Origin: Oceanispirochaeta sp.
Lineage (GTDB): Bacteria > Spirochaetota > Spirochaetia > DSM-2461
Assembly: GCA_963666275.2 (NCBI GenBank)
Contig: CAXXOA010000002.1
Coordinates: 256,001 to 320,000, forward strand
Direction of reading: 5' to 3'
DNA: 64,000 bases
How positions within the stretch are numbered: the first letter of the stretch is position 1; each line of letters begins with the position of its first letter. Below, piece after piece: positions 60,720 through 64,000 of this stretch. Under the pieces are notes generated by a model, which was not told where the DNA came from, did not search any database, and saw nothing but the letters and a program-made list of their open reading frames with translations. The translations under genes were made by a program, and so were the position numbers.

Positions 60720-62534
60720 TCAGCCCAGACGAGCTTCAAGTTTGTCCATCTGCTCAACCATTTTCTTGGGCAGTCTGTCACCGAACTTGGCGAGATACTC
60801 TCTGGCATCAGCAAGGGTCTTCTTGAAAGCGACTGTATCAACTTTCATCAGTCTTTCCCAGTCTTCTTTTGCCAGGTCCAGACCTTCGATCAGGCTGTCA
60901 TCAGCAGGCATACGTCCGATGGGAGTATCGACGGCATCAACTTTGCCTTCAACACGGTCACACATCCATTTCAGAACACGGCTGTTTTCACCGAATCCGG
61001 GCCAGATGAACCTTTTTCCATCTTTCTGGAACCAGTTAACGTAGAAAATCTTGGGAGCTTTGTCACCCAGTTTTTCTCCCATGTCAAACCAGTTCTGCAT
61101 GTAATCGCCACCGTTGTATCCCATGAAAGGAGTCATGGCAAAGGGGTCGAATCTCAGAGACACATTTCCGAGGTCCAGAGCGGCTGCTGTGGGTTCGGAA
61201 GATGCAGTTGCACCCATGTATACACCCTGTTCCCAGTCATAGGCTTCGTGTACCAGAGGCATTACAGAAGTTCTCTTTCCACCGAATACAAAGATATCGA
61301 TGGGAACTCCGGCAGGATCTTCCCAGTCGGGACAGATTACAGGACAAAGTTCCGCTTTGGCTGTGAAACGGCTGTTGGGATGAGCACCCTTCACTTCGTT
61401 TCCGTCAGCATCTTTCTGACCCTGTTTCCAGGGGTTGTTTTTCCAGTCGGTTCCGCCGCCGCCGGGACAGTCGTAACCCATATCTTCCCACCATACGTCT
61501 TTGTCTTCAGTTACAACAACGTTTGTGAAGATAGCATCTTTTCTACAGCTGGCAAGAGCCATGGGGTTGGATGCTTCAGAAGTACCGGGAGCAACACCGA
61601 AGAATCCTGCTTCGGGGTTGATAGCGTAGAGTCTTCCGTCTTTTCCGGGTTTCATCCATGCGATGTCATCACCGATGGTTTCAACTTTCCAACCGGGAAC
61701 GGTTGACTGGAGCATAGCCAGGTTGGTTTTTCCACAGGCAGAGGGGAAAGCCGCTGCGATGTGGTATTTTTTTCCTGATTCTTCGTTGGTGAAGCGCAGG
61801 ATCAGCATGTGCTCAGCCATCCAGCCTTCTCTTCTTCCCTTGGCGGAAGCGATTCTCAGAGCCAGACATTTTTTACCGAGCAGAGCGTTTCCACCGTATC
61901 CGGATCCGTAGGACCAGATCAGGTTCTCTTCGGGGAAGTGAGCAATGTATTTCTTTTCAATGGGAGCACAGGGCCATCTGCTGTCTTTCTGACCAGGTTC
62001 CAGAGGAGAACCTACAGAGTGCAGACAGGGGATGAATTCACCGTCATCACCAAGAACTTCCAGTACTTTGTTGGAAACTCTTGCCATGGTGTGCATATTG
62101 ACAACTACGTAGGGAGAGTCAGTGATTTCCACACCGATCTGTGCGATATCAGAACCGATAGGTCCCATGGAGAAAGGAATCACGTACATGGTACGTCCTT
62201 TCATACAGCCTTTGTACAGCTCTTTCATGGTTTCTTTCAGTTCAGTAGGATCGATCCAGTTGTTGGTGGGGCCGGCATCTTCCTTTTTAGTGGTAGAAAT
62301 GTAGGTACGGGCTTCTACACGGGCAACGTCTGAAGGATCAGAGTTGAAAGCGTAGCTGTTGGGTCTTTTTGCTTCATTCAGTTTGATGGCCATGCCTGAT
62401 TCGACCATTTCGGCCATAAGGCGGTCGTATTCTTCTTTACTACCATCACACCAAACTACCTGTTCAGGGGTGGTCATTGCAGCGATTTCATCAACCCATG
62501 CAATGAGTTTCTGGTTCTTTGTAGGAACTGACAT
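60720..62534 (-). CDS. pckG: Phosphoenolpyruvate carboxykinase (GTP)
   Basis: [51 protein letters not shown]. Confidence 0.97.
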   Translation of the reverse strand: MSVPTKNQKLIAWVDEIAAMTTPEQVVWCDGSKEEYDRLMAEMVESGMAIKLNEAKRPNSYAFNSDPSDVARVEARTYISTTKKEDAGPTNNWIDPTELKETMKELYKGCMKGRTMYVIPFSMGPIGSDIAQIGVEITDSPYVVVNMHTMARVSNKVLEVLGDDGEFIPCLHSVGSPLEPGQKDSRWPCAPIEKKYIAHFPEENLIWSYGSGYGGNALLGKKCLALRIASAKGRREGWMAEHMLILRFTNEESGKKYHIAAAFPSACGKTNLAMLQSTVPGWKVETIGDDIAWMKPGKDGRLYAINPEAGFFGVAPGTSEASNPMALASCRKDAIFTNVVVTEDKDVWWEDMGYDCPGGGGTDWKNNPWKQGQKDADGNEVKGAHPNSRFTAKAELCPVICPDWEDPAGVPIDIFVFGGKRTSVMPLVHEAYDWEQGVYMGATASSEPTAAALDLGNVSLRFDPFAMTPFMGYNGGDYMQNWFDMGEKLGDKAPKIFYVNWFQKDGKRFIWPGFGENSRVLKWMCDRVEGKVDAVDTPIGRMPADDSLIEGLDLAKEDWERLMKVDTVAFKKTLADAREYLAKFGDRLPKKMVEQMDKLEARLG

Positions 62535-62714
62535 TTAAAAACTCCTGTTTTTGACTCTTTGAACTGTCTGTTCTCGGAGTCGATTTTAATTGGATACCTC
62601 TATCTTCAGTCATCCGTCATATCCGGATTATTCAAGCTTATGGTATTGAAGGGGCTGAATTCCCTGCCGAAAACCAGCTTATAGCTCTTTCTCAGCATTC
62701 TACCAGCACGAACC

Positions 62715-62742
62715 ATTTTAATGAAAAATCTTTTTCAGTCAA
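62715..62742 (-). promoter_or_regulatory. pck promoter with palindromic spacer
   Basis: TTGACT-16-TAAAAT; TGAAAAA-TC-TTTTTCA at 62722-62737. Confidence 0.5.
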
Positions 62743-62797
62743 GCAATTAGAGGGGTGAAAACAGAGAACTCACTGCTGTTCACCACTATAAAGGTTA

Positions 62798-63166
62798 TTA
62801 GATAAGAGGTTTTTCTTCCAGTGAAAAAACAATGACTTTTTCCCCCGTCTTGGTACTCAGATCAGAATGAAGACTCTGTACGGAGACATTCAGAAGATCC
62901 TTGATAACAGATTCGAGAAGGGGACGGCCTTTTTCCAGCAGAGCATGACGCATCCTTTTGATAAGGACTCTTCCATCATTGGGATCATTGGACCCGGCCA
63001 GCTGTTTTTCTGCCGGTGTCAGAACATCTTTCAGTTTGACAATAACCATATCATCCACAATATACGCTCTGGATTCCAGAGGACCTCTCCCCATAAACTC
63101 TTTTTCAAAACGGATGACCGCTTCGCTGATTTCCGCCTCGATCTGCCCTTTCGTTTTCGGAGTCAT
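62798..63166 (-). CDS. DUF2294/MpsC-family protein
   Basis: KTKGQIEAEIS..FEKEFMGRGP..VLTPAEKQL..G..LIK.MR..LHSDLSTKTGE..VFSL; start revised (SD GGGAGGGAG). Confidence 0.85.
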   Translation of the reverse strand: MTPKTKGQIEAEISEAVIRFEKEFMGRGPLESRAYIVDDMVIVKLKDVLTPAEKQLAGSNDPNDGRVLIKRMRHALLEKGRPLLESVIKDLLNVSVQSLHSDLSTKTGEKVIVFSLEEKPLI

Positions 63167-63286
63167 TGCTCCCTCCCGGTTTTTTATGGTGATAATACAG
63201 AATTTCCCTGAATTTCCCAAGAGGAATTGAATGAAACATACATGATATTGAATAAATATTTATCTAAATTTGTCCAGGATACGGAT

Positions 63287-63802
63287 TCAGAAGCGGGAAA
63301 ACTTTTCAAGCCTTTCCAGTTCATCCAGAAAGTTGGGGGTGAATTTCTCCCGGGGAGTTCTCCGGATCTCCTGAAGGGACCAGAACCGCCCCTTTTCAAT
63401 CTCCTGAGGATCCGTTTCTATGGGGCCGTCCCAGACGCAGCGATAGGTTTTAACGTATTCTGATTCATAGGAATTTCTGTGCAGATAGGTGTAGAGAAAC
63501 TCAACCTTCACACCGCTGATCCCCAGTTCCTCCCGCATCTCCCTCAAGGCGGCATCATCATAGGACTCTCCGGCGTCCACATGACCGCCTACAGAAGTAT
63601 CCCATTTCCCCGGCTGCACATCCTTTTTGATACTCCGCTTCTGCAGGAACAACTCTCCTGAATGATCAAAAACCAGGACATGTGCCACCCGATGGATCAG
63701 AGAGGGATTTCCATGAACCTCCTCCCGTGCCGCCTGCCCGATAACTCTATCCTGCTCATCGACAACATCAAAAATTTCACCGGAACTGTTCAAGCGTTTC
63801 AT
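63287..63802 (-). CDS. NUDIX hydrolase (YfcD/IDI-like)
   Basis: VDEQD, HR, LQKRS..KD..PG.WD, GGHV.AGE....A.REM.EELG. Confidence 0.92.
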   Translation of the reverse strand: MKRLNSSGEIFDVVDEQDRVIGQAAREEVHGNPSLIHRVAHVLVFDHSGELFLQKRSIKKDVQPGKWDTSVGGHVDAGESYDDAALREMREELGISGVKVEFLYTYLHRNSYESEYVKTYRCVWDGPIETDPQEIEKGRFWSLQEIRRTPREKFTPNFLDELERLEKFSRF

Positions 63803-63863
63803 TCAGAACCTCCTGCCTGAAGTATAGGATAACCCGGTTTTTTTAAAAACTCATAGGAAAAAC

Positions 63864-64000
63864 ATGGAGATAAAAAAGGCTGTCTCCGATAATAGGAACA
63901 TGATGCCACTGCAGATCCTCAATCCAAACAATAAAAAGAAAATACTCTGGGATGCTTTTATCCTAGCACTCACTATCGTAATCACCCTTATAATCCCCCT
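63864..64000 (+). CDS. 5' fragment of a probable ion-channel gene, truncated by the window edge
   Basis: Open frame MEIKK...MMPLQILNPNNKKKILWDAFILALTIVITLIIP resembles the S1 start of CNG/K+ channels; alternative start 63900. Confidence 0.5.
   Translation, partial: MEIKKAVSDNRNMMPLQILNPNNKKKILWDAFILALTIVITLIIP

Noticed and set aside
1..64000. CRISPR, tRNA, rRNA, IS, prophage, defence genes or selenocysteine recoding
   Set aside because: None recognised; redox proteins carry ordinary Cys motifs and intergenic gaps are short. A divergent small RNA could have been missed by eye.

Overview
Gene-dense, intact chromosomal segment of an anaerobic bacterium. The gene content (DUF5312, LPP20 and FecR-domain secreted proteins, spirochaete-style signal peptides) suggests a free-living spirochaete; this is an inference. 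No rRNA, tRNA, CRISPR array, prophage or IS element was recognised. Main blocks: a hybrid-kinase phosphorelay; a thioredoxin/glutaredoxin/ferredoxin-thioredoxin-reductase-like redox cluster; a GldA/GldF-G/DUF4340 ABC module; a multimeric, probably electron-bifurcating [FeFe]-hydrogenase operon divergent from rex, a CBS-kinase, a DRTGG protein and a PHP protein; ychF, queG, long-form ilvC; two M16 peptidases; an SLH-like/beta-barrel/FecR operon divergent from a CHASE2 adenylate cyclase; Na+-pumping oxaloacetate decarboxylase with a duplicated biotin carrier; GTP-PEPCK; and a DUF2294/MpsC-like gene. Best candidates for under-described systems: (i) the barrel-FecR-CHASE2 cyclase trans-envelope cAMP signalling module, (ii) the MpsC-like gene beside pck and oadGAB with structured leaders, (iii) the Rex/kinase/DRTGG/PHP hydrogenase control module, and (iv) a recurring leaderless promoter architecture. 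All family assignments come from motif recognition by eye; no database searches were run.
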